A DNA stretch of 62,947 nucleotides, filler included, from Basidiobolus ranarum (GCA_040143965.1; 10 parts of 10 records of this genome joined end to end with filler, not necessarily neighbours in it), one strand, 5' to 3'. Shown: positions 1-13,700, numbered from the whole stretch's first letter. The notes: generated by a model not told the origin, from the sequence alone. Program-made: numbers and translations.

Positions 1-1078
1 CATATGTAGTTAAGTAGCTGGCTGTCTTCTGTATCAGTTGATGCATTGGATGCGTCTCGGCCTTTAAAGATTCATTTAACACAATCTCCCGAGGCTGAAT
101 GCGAGCAAGATCTGAGAGAAAAGACTTTGGTGAAGATTCTTCGACCATGAAATCACCCGTTGATAAATCAACCCAAGCCAAGCCCATCGAGTTGGAGTCT
201 ACGTCTCCCTCTACAGAAAGCAAATAATTATGCTCACATGGATCCAAAAATTGCTCGTTAATCAGAGTCCCTGGGGTAATAATCCTCGATACTCGTCTTG
301 AATAGTATTTCGTCACAGGATCCTGGAATTGTTCGCACATCGCTACTGATTTGCCTAACTTCGATACCAGCATCTCCAAATATTTCTCTAAGTGCCGAGC
401 GGGAAATCCGGTGAATTTTACCTTTTGCTTTTTGAATTGCCGATCTATTACAGTTATATCAAGTAACGGGCCAATTTCGTCTGCCTGCTCGTAATATAAC
501 TAACAATAACGCAGTGTTTAATAACTATATAAAAGCACCAGTTACGACACACATCACTCACCTCATAGAAATCTCCAACTCGAGTTAACAAGACGTACTG
601 CGGATTATTTAGTTGATACTCTCTTACTAGTCTCAATAATTTTGTACCCGGCATGTCTAATTCAGATTCCTCTATGGGTTGAGGATCTTCCAACAAAGTT
701 TGTGGTTCCTCTGCTGGATCTTTCTCTGAGCTCTCATTACTAGTGGTGATTGTACTTCCTTTGAGAAAATCGTCCAAATTGATTCGAACATTTTTCTTCC
801 TTTTTCCTACAATGATATGTGATCGGATTAAATATTTGTATATTTTTTAATTGGAGAGCTCATTGTTTACTTTTGGTGGTTTTTGCCTCAAACTCTTCTT
901 CCTCAATGGGATTTCTGACTGTATTGCCTGTAGTGATAAATCTGCGTATGCTGTAGGAATTCCTTATGTAAAAGGAAGTGTCATTGAGTGTCACTGGGAA
1001 CTTCGTACGTCTGTAAGCCAAGAGAAATGGAAGCTCAACTCTCCCTTTCAAAGGCAGATAGTATCTCTTAAAAGACAT
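1..1078 (-). CDS. MSH1: Mitochondrial MutS homologue, 5' part (exons 1078-871, 806-562, 499-<1)
   Basis: Spliced translation gives a basic mitochondrial-type N-terminus, then LLTRVGDFYE-LYYEQADEIG...FTGFP...VAMCEQ...RRVSRIITPGTL...GLAWVDLSTGDF (MutS domains I-II). The GT-AG introns at 870-807 and 561-500 keep the frame. Truncated by the window start. Confidence 0.85.
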
Positions 1079-3971
1079 GACAGCTGCGGTCACTATTATT
1101 GTTACTAAATGGCACCTTAACGATTCCCTTCAGAATCGCACCTATTTCTTGGGAGTTAGATTATTTCTTTTCATGAATTATTGATGATTGAAAACAAATA
1201 TTTGGTTTTCACTAGCCAATCACACATTATTCCTGCCATAGTGCTTAACTCCATTGAATAGAGAATTTATTAGGGATTTTCTAGATATGGCTCATTCGAT
1301 TTCCAGCATTCCTTAAACCAAATCATCCAAGATTATAACCGTACTAGTCATGGCTGAAGAAGCTTAATCGAGCCTGGCCTACCCAGGAAATAGAACAACG
1401 ATACCATTATTAGCATGGGTATGGAAAATAAGATGGCCGAGTGATTTGGGCTGTATTCAAAACATCAAGTAAATAACTGAGGCTTCAATGAGGATAACCG
1501 AAGAGGGGAGCATTTCGTTCCAGCGAAAGCGACCCTACAAACTATATAGTGTATGCTATTCTAGCACATGTTCAAAGCGCTATTAAAACTTCCTGATATT
1601 TATGGAGAATCCATTTCGAAAAAGACCTCTTGGCAGTCGCATGTGTCTGAGTATTAACATGGAACCCGATGGCGTGGACCTCTCTTATCATCCACTCAAA
1701 TGCCTCTTAGGGTGCATAAAAATTGCTTGCATTTCTACTCCAATTTTAGTTTAAAATTCAACAGAATTTGCTTATATAATATCGTGTGCAAAATGAAATG
1801 ATTGATATGGTTGCTTCATAACCAGCATAATCTCGATTACTCCTGATTTGAACTTATCCATACATGACTGAGGATTTCTTTCATCAGATGACTCGGACCT
1901 CTATAAGAAGATTCACAAGTGCAACCAAAGCATTTCTGGACTCCATTACTCATGCCAGAGAGTTTATGGAAGAGATTCCTTGTACTTTCATCGGAAAATC
2001 CATCATTTATATGAAAATAGAAATATAAGCATATTCAATTACATCCACGAATCGAGATTCCTCCTCAACGATTGAAATGGCTTGATGGCGAAAACCCACG
2101 GATTACCAAGAAATCTACTGCGTCTAATCTAATCAGCCCCGCCAGCTCGAACCAATACTTCAGGTAGATAACGCTAACGCTGTTGTGGTTTCATTCCTGT
2201 TGCCTGTGGGGAGGCCTCTCAATACTCAAAGCTATTGGACCGATAGTTGGGGTGCAAATATATATAATATTGATATGGCTAGCGGTAATTTAGATGGGGA
2301 CCCGTGATTAGTGAGTATTTATACCTCGATCATTATTCTTATGCACCCGTTTCCACCGAAAACAATGTACTCTTAAGAATATGCCTGCAGATTTCTTCTA
2401 TTTACACAATCTAGACTACCCGTTGAATACACTTAGCGCCTATACAATATCCAGTCAGAGCAAACCAGAATCGACATCAGACCCAGGCACCGGTTTCTCA
2501 CGTCATACGAGTTCATATGATATCGATAATAGGAAAAAGATCCGGCTCCATAACCTGTATTCAGGGCCATATGAGTAAGCTATCACGTAATAGCGCAAAT
2601 AATCCTTTTGGTCATCCATTCACTTCAGTATCTGCGGTGAATCCGGTTCTGCTCAAATCTTTGCCAAGCATCATATGATATTCATACATGGAGATAGAGA
2701 TGGTAATGAAGCGCAACACAAGACTTCGAGTCATCATAACACAGTGTCGCACATACCACGGTGTAATGGCGCTCTGCCTTGATTCAAGGATTCTTCTTAC
2801 GTACACGGTTTAATCAAGTTAGCCTTCGATTACAACACTACAAAGCTATATATGTTGTTTCACCATATGTCATGAATACGTCGACTTAATTGGACAGCAG
2901 TAGCATTGTTTGCTACGTACAAGGTATTGGTCAATTTTGGAGAATTTTCTCTATTGAATCAAATCAAATATGTCCTTATGCACACGTCTATGAAGATGCT
3001 ATTGTTTGGTAATACGTGAAGACAGTTAAACTTGGATTGATTTGGAGATTCGGTTAAAGTGGAAATTCGAAAAATGTTCAGACATCCTAATAGAGATCTG
3101 TAACATCTGCAGTGCTAATCACTGAGCATTTCAAAGCAAATAAGCTGAAACTCTACGCACCACTAGAACAATAACTAGATCAGATTTTCTTGGGATACCT
3201 TACCAAGACTAATATATTCGGGTAACGTGAGAGGTCGAGGTTATATTGAAGAAGCCTGATTGGACTGGGGCCCTATGAGCACTCTCTTATGAGGAAATCA
3301 CGCTCTTTCCAGCTTGTTTTGGAGATGTGTTGGTGACTGGTGTAAGCCTTTGGAGTTTCTCTTGAGGTGCACGTCAGGTTCTTCCCTCCTCCATATGCCA
3401 CCACGACCATTTGTGCCTGCTGTGCTTTAAGATTATACACATGTATATATAGAATGCACTTGGCCCAATAATGCCGACCTGGTTGATCGAAATTGCTTTA
3501 GTCATCAATCATTTATCTAAATATGTTACAACAATAGAAATACCCCAACTACAACGTCAATGCAATCAGCATCTGTTTCATTAATGTTTGAGTGTGGGCA
3601 ATTTCTCATTTATCCTTCCTACTATTAATAGCTTCCCGCCTGTTCCTCATTTGGAGTTCATTTATTTTTACTATATGAATCGTTTTATATATGAGTGTGA
3701 GATCAGTTTCCTGTTTGGTTGTTGGACAAATGACAAAAGCTTTAATAGTACGCCTGATTACAGTTTTAACTAATCTCATTCCCCTAAATATTTCTAGAAT
3801 AGTTAATCCTTTTTTCACTATTTGAGATTCGTGTGGTTACTTATTCATTTGACCCACTTCCTACACCTTATCACACTTTCCTCCACTCCTCTTTACACTG
3901 TTTATTTCCTCATTATCCTATCCTTCCTGACGAAACTCTCCCTTCCTCAATAGACCCGTTATAAAATATCT

Positions 3972-6112
3972 ATGTCGACTGGCAATACAAGCCACAGTCA
4001 TGCCTTTGATACACCAAGCAAAATGAGTCCTACTCTTGAGGAGGATGTTGAATGCATATCTTTGGAAGAGCGAGGTAAACCCAAACCACTTACTCGGTCT
4101 GTATCTAAATGGCTCAAGAGAAAGAGTCAATCTATCTTCCGACACAGTACAGTGAATGTTGGGAGAAGAATTCCTATTTCTACCACATCCACCAGACCCT
4201 ACATTCGTGAAGATACCAAAAAACCGTACATATCTAACCAAATCACCACTGCTCGTTACAATCTTTGGAACTTCCTACCAAAACAGTTGTTTGCTCAATT
4301 TTCTAAAGTAGCCAATTTGTATTTTTTACTGGTTGCCATTTTACAAATGATTCCAGGTTGGTCTACCACCGGTCAGGTCACCACTATATTACCACTTTCG
4401 ATTTTCACCATAATTGCTATGGGACGTGAAGGTTATGATGATTATCGCAGACATAGACAAGACCAAACTGAGAACAACAAAGCGGTCGAGGTACTCAGAT
4501 TTTACCACGATAAAGCCGAATCAAGTCGGAACAGTACTGATGGTCAACATATATTTGAGAGACGCTCAACACGAAACATCGGTGTTTGGCAACAAGCCAA
4601 GTGGAGAGATATATCCGTAGGAGATTTTGTTCGTGTCAACGCTAACGATTGGATTCCAGCGGATTTATTATTATTAAGTACCTCTTCTGATGATGGAATA
4701 TGCTATGTCGAAACCGCCGCCCTCGATGGTGAAAGTAATCTCAAACAAAAGCAAGCTCTAAAAGAAACGGATACAGTTATCAAAGAATCACCAGATGGTA
4801 TATCTAATTTAGAAGGTTCGTTTCTAAATATGTTTTTAGCTTTTCTCGATATTCCTTTTTTTGACTGAATTCTAATATGATTTTCTGATATCTATTAGGC
4901 TTTCTTCAAGCAGAAAACCCTAACATGGACTTATACAATTTCGATGGTTATCTACAGAGTGATGAGACCCGTTACCCAGTTTCAGTTAGTCAAATTTTGC
5001 TTCGAGGAACTATACTTCGTAACACTACTAGTGCTGTTGGTATGGTTATTTTCTCTGGTGAAGAGACCAAAATTCGTATGAACGCCTCCAAAAATATTCG
5101 TACCAAGGCACCAAGTCTTCAAAAACTCATTAACAAAGCAGTCATCTCGGTGTTTATTGTTTTGATCACTCTATCTTTAATTTCTACCGTCTTGGGTGCA
5201 TTATGGGAGAAAGGATCTGTTACTAGATGGTATTTGACTGACCCGAAGAAGCATGATTTGGCTGGGAGTTTCTTCCGATTCATCATTCTTCTCAATACCC
5301 TCATCCCAATCTCACTCTACGTTACCATGGAGATAGTAAAGCTCGTGCAAGCTTACTTCATCAACAATGATATAGAAATGTATTACCAAGAAACCGATAC
5401 TCCTGCTGAAGCTCGTACTTGTACAATCAATGAGGAGCTGGGACAAATTAGTTACATATTTTCCGACAAGACTGGTACACTAACGGACAACGTGATGCTA
5501 TTCCGCAAATACTCGGTCGGTGGAATGGCCTACGTTCACAATAACCAAGCCATTGTTAACCATCGTCTCAACAGTATAAGTAAAGTATATTCGTCTGAAT
5601 TGGATGAGACAGATGTCACCCCTCAGGTTGACGAAGATGATAGTAAAACATCCCACCTCAATGGTAGTCTGGATTCTCGTACTTACCAACAAAAATCATC
5701 GCGTCAAATGATTGAAAGACTAATTTCTGACCCTAATAGTCACTTCGGTAGACAGGCAGACATGTTCTTGCTTTCTATGGCCCTTTGTCATACAGTGGTA
5801 CCCGAGGTGAATCCGGAGACTGGCGCAGTTAGCTATCAATCTATGTCCCCTGATGAGCACGCTATCGTCAGCGCTGTTCATGAACTTGGATACACATGTA
5901 TTGACCGCACCAGCAAGTCTGTATCTGTCGTTCCGTTACAGGGGGGTCATCCACTTGTATTCAAAGTCTTGAATGTTATCGAGTTCAGCAGTCACCGAAA
6001 GAGAATGACCGTCATTTATCAATTCCCTGATGGTCAAATCGTACTACTTTGCAAAGGAGCTGATTCGGTTATTCTTGAAAGACTTGCCAATGGTAGCAAC
6101 GGCTCGGGATAG
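3972..6112 (+). CDS. DNF3: P4-ATPase phospholipid flippase, DNF3-like, N-terminal half (intron 4816-4898)
   Basis: Motifs LDGESNLK, IPISLYV, SDKTGTLT (phospho-Asp), EFSSHRKRM and CKGADS; the segment PGWSTTGxxTTILPL...DDYRRHRQDxxENNK is Dnf3-like. The frame closes about 107 bp before the contig end. Confidence 0.85.
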
Positions 6113-6219
6113 CATTTTTGAGAAGAGATGAGAACGAAGCCTCATATGCAATGACAGGCTTTAAAGCTGCGTAACATTCGAACAGTCTCTTTCTAACTAG
6201 TGTCTCACACTCCGTGAGG

Positions 6220-6319
6220 NNNNNNNNNNNNNNNNNNNNNNNNNNNNNNNNNNNNNNNNNNNNTTAATTAATTAANNNNNNNNNNNNNNNNNNNNNNNNN
6301 NNNNNNNNNNNNNNNNNNN
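6220..6319. other. Artificial contig spacer
   Basis: 44 N + TTAATTAATTAA (stops in six frames) + 44 N. Confidence 0.99.
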
Positions 6320-6381
6320 CTTCATTTCACTCGACCAAGTGCAACCCTTCCCCCATCATACGCCTAACTTGAATAATTTAG

Positions 6382-7249
6382 GATACTTCATACGAACCAG
6401 CAATCACTACAGATATATCCTTAATGGAGACTACCAAGTCAACTCAGAGATCACGTAAAAGACGAATCAAAGATCCCCAACAATCTAAGTATAGCAGAAA
6501 CAAGAACCAAACTCAAAAGTATCACTCACTCACACAACCAACAGATAGACCAGAGACCCCTGAACAGATACTACCAAATCCTAAAGAAAACGTAAATAAT
6601 AGAATTGAATTATTTCTTGTTAAAATAGCCTCTGATTTATTCACTATTTTTATTAATTTATTTACAGACAAGGCCTCATAAATTCTCTCACACTCACAGT
6701 AAAGAATCAAAATGGAATGCTTACGAAGAAAATGAAGATCATAGCGAAGATGAGAATACTATTCATAACCCTATTAATGACACTACTTCCAAGCCGAATA
6801 ATATGATTAGCAAATCTTCTAAATGGAGTACTTACATGGAAGAGGAATTGGATTCGGATTCGGATATGCCACCCACATACGCCTACTCCCATATACCACA
6901 ACCTAGACCCCCTATATTATCTCAAACTACTGCTAACAACGATTTCTCGATTTGTTCGAATGATATCAGCAGTCCAACGATCTTTAGTCAAGATACTCTT
7001 GTAGATACTCCGCCATGTAAAATATCAACCGGAACGAAAGCAAAATTGTCAAAATTCGCATTCGTTAAAAAAAAATCTCCCATCAAACCAACCCTTGAAA
7101 CAACCTCTCCCCGTAAACCCGACCTACCAGTGGAAGCCCAACAACAACTCTACTCATCAGAGGATCAAGTTGAATATAAAAAGCAAGAGAATGAACTCAA
7201 TGAACTAGATGCTCTTGAAATAGAAGAATTTGATCCTTTCAATATGTAA
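6382..7249 (+). CDS. Hypothetical low-complexity protein, 3' exons (6382-6591, 6668-7249), with two SKWxxY motifs
   Basis: CTAAC...TTAG acceptor ends at 6381. A GT-AG intron at 6592-6667 joins the two ORFs in frame. SKWNAYEE and SKWSTYMEEE loosely recall MRNIP-like proteins (not verified). The 5' part is missing. Confidence 0.6.
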
Positions 7250-7524
7250 AATTTACTCTGTATGGTTTTATTAGATGTCAAATAAAAGAAAAGTATTTGC
7301 TTAAATCCATGTTGCGTGTGTATGAAGTGATTTATCTAATCGTTAAGTTCAATCCAAACCTTGAACTTTCATGTAGTTCCCATAGAAACGGAAATCTATC
7401 TACATAGCTATCGCCTATATTAGCATTAGTAGATCCATGAAATTAGAAGTGCAATCTCCGTTCTTTCAGTTAACTATTTTTAACTTGGCCAAAATGTTCC
7501 AACTGTGAATGAAAAAGATCACTA

Positions 7525-7795
7525 TGTTGAAATTAGCACTGTCTAAATACTTATATAGTCATATATAGCTTAGCATTTAGTTATTCTATACTTCACTAAG
7601 ATAGCACTACTCTCAATTGGAATTTACTTAGAATATTGACACCAACTTAGAAGTTGGAAGATTTATAGGTTTTTCAAACTTGTGCTAGAAGCCCTAAACT
7701 TTGCACACATGTTTCTTGGATCTTCCTTAACACAGTCTACATGCTTGCTTGCTTACATCTTGACACAACTACTAGTATTGGTCAATATATTACTC
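7525..7795 (+). mobile_element. Truncated LTR copy (Ty1/copia family)
   Basis: Starts TGTTGAAATTAGCA and aligns with the 8185-8533 LTR for about 270 bp; the 3' end is absent. Confidence 0.8.
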
Positions 7796-7827
7796 CACTT
7801 TAAATTGATAGATGATGAACTTGAAAA

Positions 7828-8165
7828 TGTTGAAAATATTGAAAATGACATATACTATATAGTCATGTAGCTAGCTATCTAAATTCCACTATGATATTAT
7901 GAGATATCCTCATGAGGAAATTACTTGGAATGTTGTAACCAACTTGTAAGTTCTCAGATTATATGATTTTCTCAAACTTGTCTAAGAGACCCCAAACTTT
8001 GTCCACATGTTTCTGGGATCCTCCTAGGCATATTCTATATGTTGGTTTGCCTATTTTTGGACAAAAGAATACATGTCAACTTACACTCAATATATCATTG
8101 AGTGAAAACCACCAATTCTTCTAGCTCTCCAAATCACTTCCAATAACTCCCAAAATACTTCATTA
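7828..8165 (+). mobile_element. Diverged solo LTR (same family)
   Basis: TGTTGAAA start and homology through ...CCAAAATACTTCATTA. The flanks GAAAA / GAAAG resemble a decayed 5-bp TSD. Confidence 0.7.
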
Positions 8166-8184
8166 GAAAGCACATTCAAGTAAG

Positions 8185-8533
8185 TGTTGAAATTGGCATT
8201 GCTTAAGCGCCTATATAGTCATATATAGCTTAGTATTTAGTTATCCTATATTGAACCAAGTTATCACACATTATTTTCAATTGGAATTTACTTAGAATAT
8301 TGACACCAACTTAGAAGTTCTCAGATATATAGATTTTTCAAACTTGTGTTAGAAGCCCCAAACTTTGCACACATGCTCCTGGGACCTTTCTTAACACATT
8401 CTACACGTTAGTTTGCTTACATCTAGATAAAATTATAAATGTCAACTTTCTACTCAATAAATGAACAAGTGAAAACTACCAATTTCTCTAGCTCTCCAAG
8501 CCACTACCAACAGGTTCTCAAAATACTTTAACA
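8185..8533 (+). mobile_element. Solo LTR, 349 bp, with perfect 5-bp TSD
   Basis: Termini TGTTGAA...TTTAACA (imperfect inverted repeat), flanked by GTAAG at 8180-8184 and 8534-8538. Confidence 0.9.
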
Positions 8534-8806
8534 GTAAGCCTACCACTTATAAGTGGATGATTGCATAATAGATTAGATTATAAGTAGAAAGCATAATAGT
8601 ATGTAATTGCAAAGTAAATACTTGCATTCAAGGTTTCAACTCACATGGTCACCATTATAGTATCTTTGTAGTATCCAATTGATATGATTATATTAGTAAA
8701 TGTCAACACCTTCACTTACTAACAAAAATGCCCAGGTAGTTTGTATGTTGAATGTCAGACAAATTAAGATTCAAATTTTCATTTATTTCTATCACTTTTG
8801 GCAATC

Positions 8807-9031
8807 CTAGTACGAGTCACCACCGAACAACCCTCCAGCAAACGGTAAGCTTGATAAAATATTCCCAATCAATGGAATATCTCCGAGAAACCCAAAGAGC
8901 GCATTGTCACTTTCAGTACTCGTTACGTCCCCTTCCTCACTTATCCCTCCGGGATACGCGTTGACTAGCACTACGAAAAATAGCATTATGCTGATAATAC
9001 CGTATATGCCATTGATTCGGATCATCATCAT
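8807..9031 (-). CDS. Small secreted protein (74 aa): signal peptide, acidic spacer, amphipathic Gly/Leu-rich C-terminus
   Basis: Hydrophobic core IISIMLFFVVLVNA with a V-x-A cleavage site. TATAAA at 9099-9094 upstream and AATAAA at 8787-8782 just after the stop. Confidence 0.75.
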   Translation of the reverse strand: MMMIRINGIYGIISIMLFFVVLVNAYPGGISEEGDVTSTESDNALFGFLGDIPLIGNILSSLPFAGGLFGGDSY

Positions 9032-9887
9032 GCTTTGCTAGAGAGGGCACTGGGCGTTCAGTGGTAAGGAACAATCCCTCATCCACTCTACTCTTTATAC
9101 TGTATGTGTTTCAATGTGCTATGCTAAACCAAGCCTCAAACAAGTTTGAGTTTCTAACGTGAAATGACAGCAAGTCCTAGATACCCCAGGGTTGAATGCA
9201 TGGAGTTACAAAGAACTGGCTTGGTGTACTCCTTGCTCCATTAAACAGTCAAAAAAGCCTATTCTGCATTTTGTTTCGCAATGTTACGATCACCAGGTTG
9301 GAACATCCCACTTATTGCTATCATGAGAGCACTTCAATCATCTAAGCCTAGCAATAATGTGATCTCACATAAAGAGCAACGACTCAGAGAAATTGGAATG
9401 TTCATTATTAATCCTTTGTTCAAAAAACCACAATAATCTCGATCGAAAAATAAGCAATTTATCTAACCAAAAGCAAAATGAATGGGTGAACGTTTTAAAT
9501 GTTAAAAGAAATCTCAGTTGAAGACAATTCACGAGTTCTGAATAGTAGGCGTTTTAAGAAGTTTGGAAGCTGCATTATTACAGTCTGCTGAGTAAGATAG
9601 GATATTAAAGAGGGCAAAACTTATATTGAAAGCGTAATAAAGAATAAAGCGACAAGTAAAGTGGCTAGATGGAATCGCTATAGTTGAAAGAATTTAGGAA
9701 ATTCAAGTAGCGAAAGGGCTTCGAAGTGAAAATATATCTGTACGACTTCCACTTATCTCTATGATCAACAAATGGGGGACATTAGAAGAGTAAAAACAAA
9801 ATGAGTGGCATCTGTACTTCGTTCATCTTCAAAATAAACGAGCACAAAGTACCAATATGAAATAGATGTGAAAGTCCGTGTCAATTT

Positions 9888-11183
9888 CTACAGAAGGCCA
9901 CAGTCTCGAAGGTTACTTTGAATAATTATATCGTTGACTGCCGCCATGACAAACTTGATTTGTTGAGTGTCAGTTGCACAAGTGAAGTGTGTATACACCT
10001 GCTTAGTATCAGAATGATTAAGAGCAACGAATCGATGTTCAATATATTTGCAGGCAAGGTCGTAATTTTCACCTCCTATAGAAGTTGAACATAAGTAATC
10101 TATAATAACGAAAGAGAGAAATTTCTCTAGTACCTGTATAATCGGGGAAATAACGACTCATCGAAGATCTGGCAAGTTTATCTTTAAAGAGATCGATTTT
10201 GTTCAAAAACAGAATAATCGACGTTTTAACGAACCAACGTGAATTACAGATCGAGTCAAACAAAGTGAGCGCCTCTTGCATTCGATTCTAAAGATAGATC
10301 AGTACGAGAAATGGGAACTTGAATTACGATATACAATCCTTACCACAGTTTCGTCCTCGATTAATGTTTGATCATACTCACTGATCGCTACCATAAATAC
10401 TATAGCTGTCACATTTTCAAAGCAATGTATCCATTTCTTACGTTCGGAACGCTGTCCACCAACGTCCAACATACGATACGTAAGATCACCAACATGGAAA
10501 GTAGTTTCAGTGATACCGGTAGTCTTAACCCGGGATCTCAAAACGTCTTGATCAGATGGAATATAGTCGTGATGTGCAATACGTTCTATAGAATCAAAGT
10601 AACTAAAAAATATAAATTATTATTAACTCAGATCAAATTATATGTAAATGAAAACAAATATACTCACTATTTCGCAGAATCATTAAGTTGATATTCTCTA
10701 GAACGGCGAAAGCAATCTTGGACCCCTTGGTCCGACCATAGAGATTTGACTGCTATAGCAACATCCGGAGAAAGAACATCACCTTCTATTTGTGAGGGAA
10801 GGTCAAGAATAGTGCTAACGTGAGCAGCGTTCTTATCGTCATCCAGTAAAAGCTTCATATTTTCCATCGCTTCAAGTATTACTCGCATAGATTGAACAGT
10901 ATTTGAAAAAATGATTTCCTTGAAAGATTCACGTTCATCTACACTATATCCCCCTTCGTGGATGAGTTTCATCTGCTTCAATACTGTACTTTTACCCGAT
11001 TCACCAGCACCTATTAAAGAAAATTAGAATGAAAAGGTATCAGTCTGTAGCACATTAAAACATACCGAGTAAAAGCATCTTCACTTCATTTCTTTGGGAC
11101 ATTCTGTCTTTTTTTATCTGACTTTCGATTTCGTCGTTTTTACGGCGACCATCCAGATCTTCTTGGCTAACACAACAACCCAT
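9888..11183 (-). CDS. Heterotrimeric G-protein alpha subunit, fungal class I (Gi-like, GNA-1/FadA type), multi-exon
   Basis: MGCCVS myristoylation/palmitoylation start, [34 protein letters not shown], and C-terminal DCGLL with Cys at -4. Confidence 0.95.
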
Positions 11184-12536
11184 GATAAGATGACTATGAT
11201 AAAATGGGTTAACTGATTAAAACGTGACAACAAAGTGATACTTTTGAAGGGAGTAGGTAAAGAAAACAAACAGAATTACAATTCAGAAGATTGTCCTACC
11301 TTTAAAGTACAAGTAGAAAACCAGGTACGTGATATCTGCGTGTAGTCGTAATGCAACTCGAGTAATTGGGAGAGTATAAAGAATAAGGACGCAAGAAAGT
11401 ACAAGGGTAGAAAGGTAATCCAAACGCAGATGAGATTAGAGAGCAGATTTAGCAGTTTTGTTCGACTCTGAATGACAATCACTCAGGATTTACCTGGGTT
11501 CCAAAATCACTAAATATGTAAAGTATACCAGATTTTTTAAAATGTTGATCATTTAAGAAATAAGTCAAATGAAGTGGATCTACAAATTGGCATTTATACG
11601 AATCAAAAGAGAAGATAGCCGATTTAAAGTTCTAATGACGATGATTATGGGTTTGTTGGCGATAATACCAATTGTCGTAATTTTGAAATCGATCATTATT
11701 AGGTTTATGAGGGTGAATCACCTAAAAATCTTTGAATATTATTGGTAAGGTTGGTTTCATTGTATGCTTCAATTCGTTTGTTCTTTGTTATTTGACTATT
11801 AGCTCATCAGCAACATCCACCCCAAAACTCTGCAAATTTCAAATGTACGTCAGCACTTATGGGGAATTTGTTTCGTATGCGCTGTGTCCAATTCAGAATA
11901 CAGTTTAACGGATTTAGTATATAAGAGATTGACTCGTTGGCATATTCTTGACCATGTTTCAGAGAGTGTATCAGCCCTCTAACTCCATAAAACAGTCAGG
12001 TAGTATTGTATGCTTTGAGATAAATCATGTATAAATCGGGAAGCACCAGAGCACATCCAAAATAGAATTGACCATAAATTGTACCATTAGTCAGGTTCAT
12101 CTACAAATGCTATGAAACTCGCATATTGGCATATATAGATTTATAGTTCACGAAAAAGAAACCTGCAAAATCTGATTTCTATTTTGAGCAATTCAATAAT
12201 TGTGCCACTCAGCAGATTGATTCTGTGGATTGTATCCCCAAAAAGAATTGAGCATTCATCGTGAATGCAGAGGTACAGTTGGTTTGAGTTTAGTGTGTCC
12301 AAATACAGTATATCATGATGTAGATGACATATTTGGAACCCTTACTCTGTAAATGCTATCAAACAACGTGGTAACACACAAAGAGGTAGAAAAAGGTGAA
12401 ATCTATATCCACTCTCGTATTTGAGACAGGTACCAGACGCATTGCCAGCACGGGACATTTTAATACTAGATTATCATCATCAGGTATAGTGTGACTTCCC
12501 TTCTCTCGATCATGAACTCTCTTCATAAGATTGGTA

Positions 12537-12636
12537 NNNNNNNNNNNNNNNNNNNNNNNNNNNNNNNNNNNNNNNNNNNNTTAATTAATTAANNNNNNNN
12601 NNNNNNNNNNNNNNNNNNNNNNNNNNNNNNNNNNNN
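12537..12636. other. Artificial contig spacer
   Basis: 44 N + TTAATTAATTAA + 44 N. Confidence 0.99.
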
Positions 12637-13464
12637 GGATACGTAAAGAATGGGTTACTGAGGTAACTATTTTTTTTTAAACTTCGCTTGCATGCTACTG
12701 AAATACTCATGACTATATAATTACTTAATAGCGAGTTCAAACTAGACGTAAATTAAATATTTCCGAGGAAGATCCGCATTCCAATGAACAAAAACAATCT
12801 CATAGGCTTCGAGCCAAACATTTCGTAGATTGGTTAATAAAAAAGTATTCTATTGAGTACTTAAATTCCGGTGAAGGTGTTTTGGATGTAGCAGGTGGAA
12901 GAGGGGATATTTCTTTCGAATTACATACCAAACGTGGTATTGAAGCCACTTTGATCGAACCTAGAGAGATGAAACTAAGGAAACCTCAACGAAAGTTCCT
13001 CAAACAGACAAGTACATTTCAAGGGAATGTCCAGGGTACTCTATGGAAGCAAGTCCGCTCTATCCTAGATACAAAGTTTGTTGAAAGTAATGCCGATTTG
13101 ATAAAGAATTGCTCCATCATTATAGGAATGCACCCCGATCAAGGTATGTATGTAGTCATCTCTTTGGTAGCAAGAACACTCGCTCAATTTAATTGATTTA
13201 TCAGCTACCGAGCCGATTGTTAACACAGCGTTGAAATATGGGAAACCCTTCGCAGTAGTTCCATGCTGTGTATTTGGCCATGAAAATGGTCAGCGTCAAC
13301 TCAAAGATGGTGGCAGTGTAAATCAATATGAAGAGTTTATTCAGTATTTATTAGAAAAGGAAAACTCTAATTTTCCAAAGCTCAAAATAGAGAAAGACTT
13401 TATGAACATCACTGGACGTAACCAGGTGATCTTTTGTGAACCTTACGCTTCTGCAATTGAATAA
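12637..13464 (+). CDS. Uncharacterised SAM-dependent methyltransferase-like protein, 3' part (introns 12663-12731, 13144-13204)
   Basis: Motif I VLDVAGGRG, then GMHPDQ/ATEPIV and KPFAVVPCCVF after in-frame splicing. Confidence 0.7.
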
Positions 13465-13700
13465 ACATCACCTACCAAGCATCGGGATCACGTGTTCAAT
13501 CATATCTCGTTAGAATCCAATGTTCTTGATCTCCCAATTGAACACCCAATTGAATAAATAAAGATACCAAGCATATTTCGGCATTTATTATGTACAATTT
13601 GTAGACATAAAATCATTATTTTAAGAAAGGCTTGTCGTGATAAAAGAAAAAAAATTCACATGAAAGTAAGAACGAGAAAACTGTACACTAGCGAAAGGTT

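Noticed and set aside
6110-6219. Premature stop in the DNF3-like flippase as pseudogenisation
   Set aside because: It falls in the last ~110 bp of a contig and the upstream sequence is intact, so a low-quality end is more likely; reads are needed to confirm.
8830-8900. FLGDIPLIG resemblance to the bacterial secretin motif
   Set aside because: Only a few residues in a 74-aa protein with no beta-barrel domain; probably coincidental.
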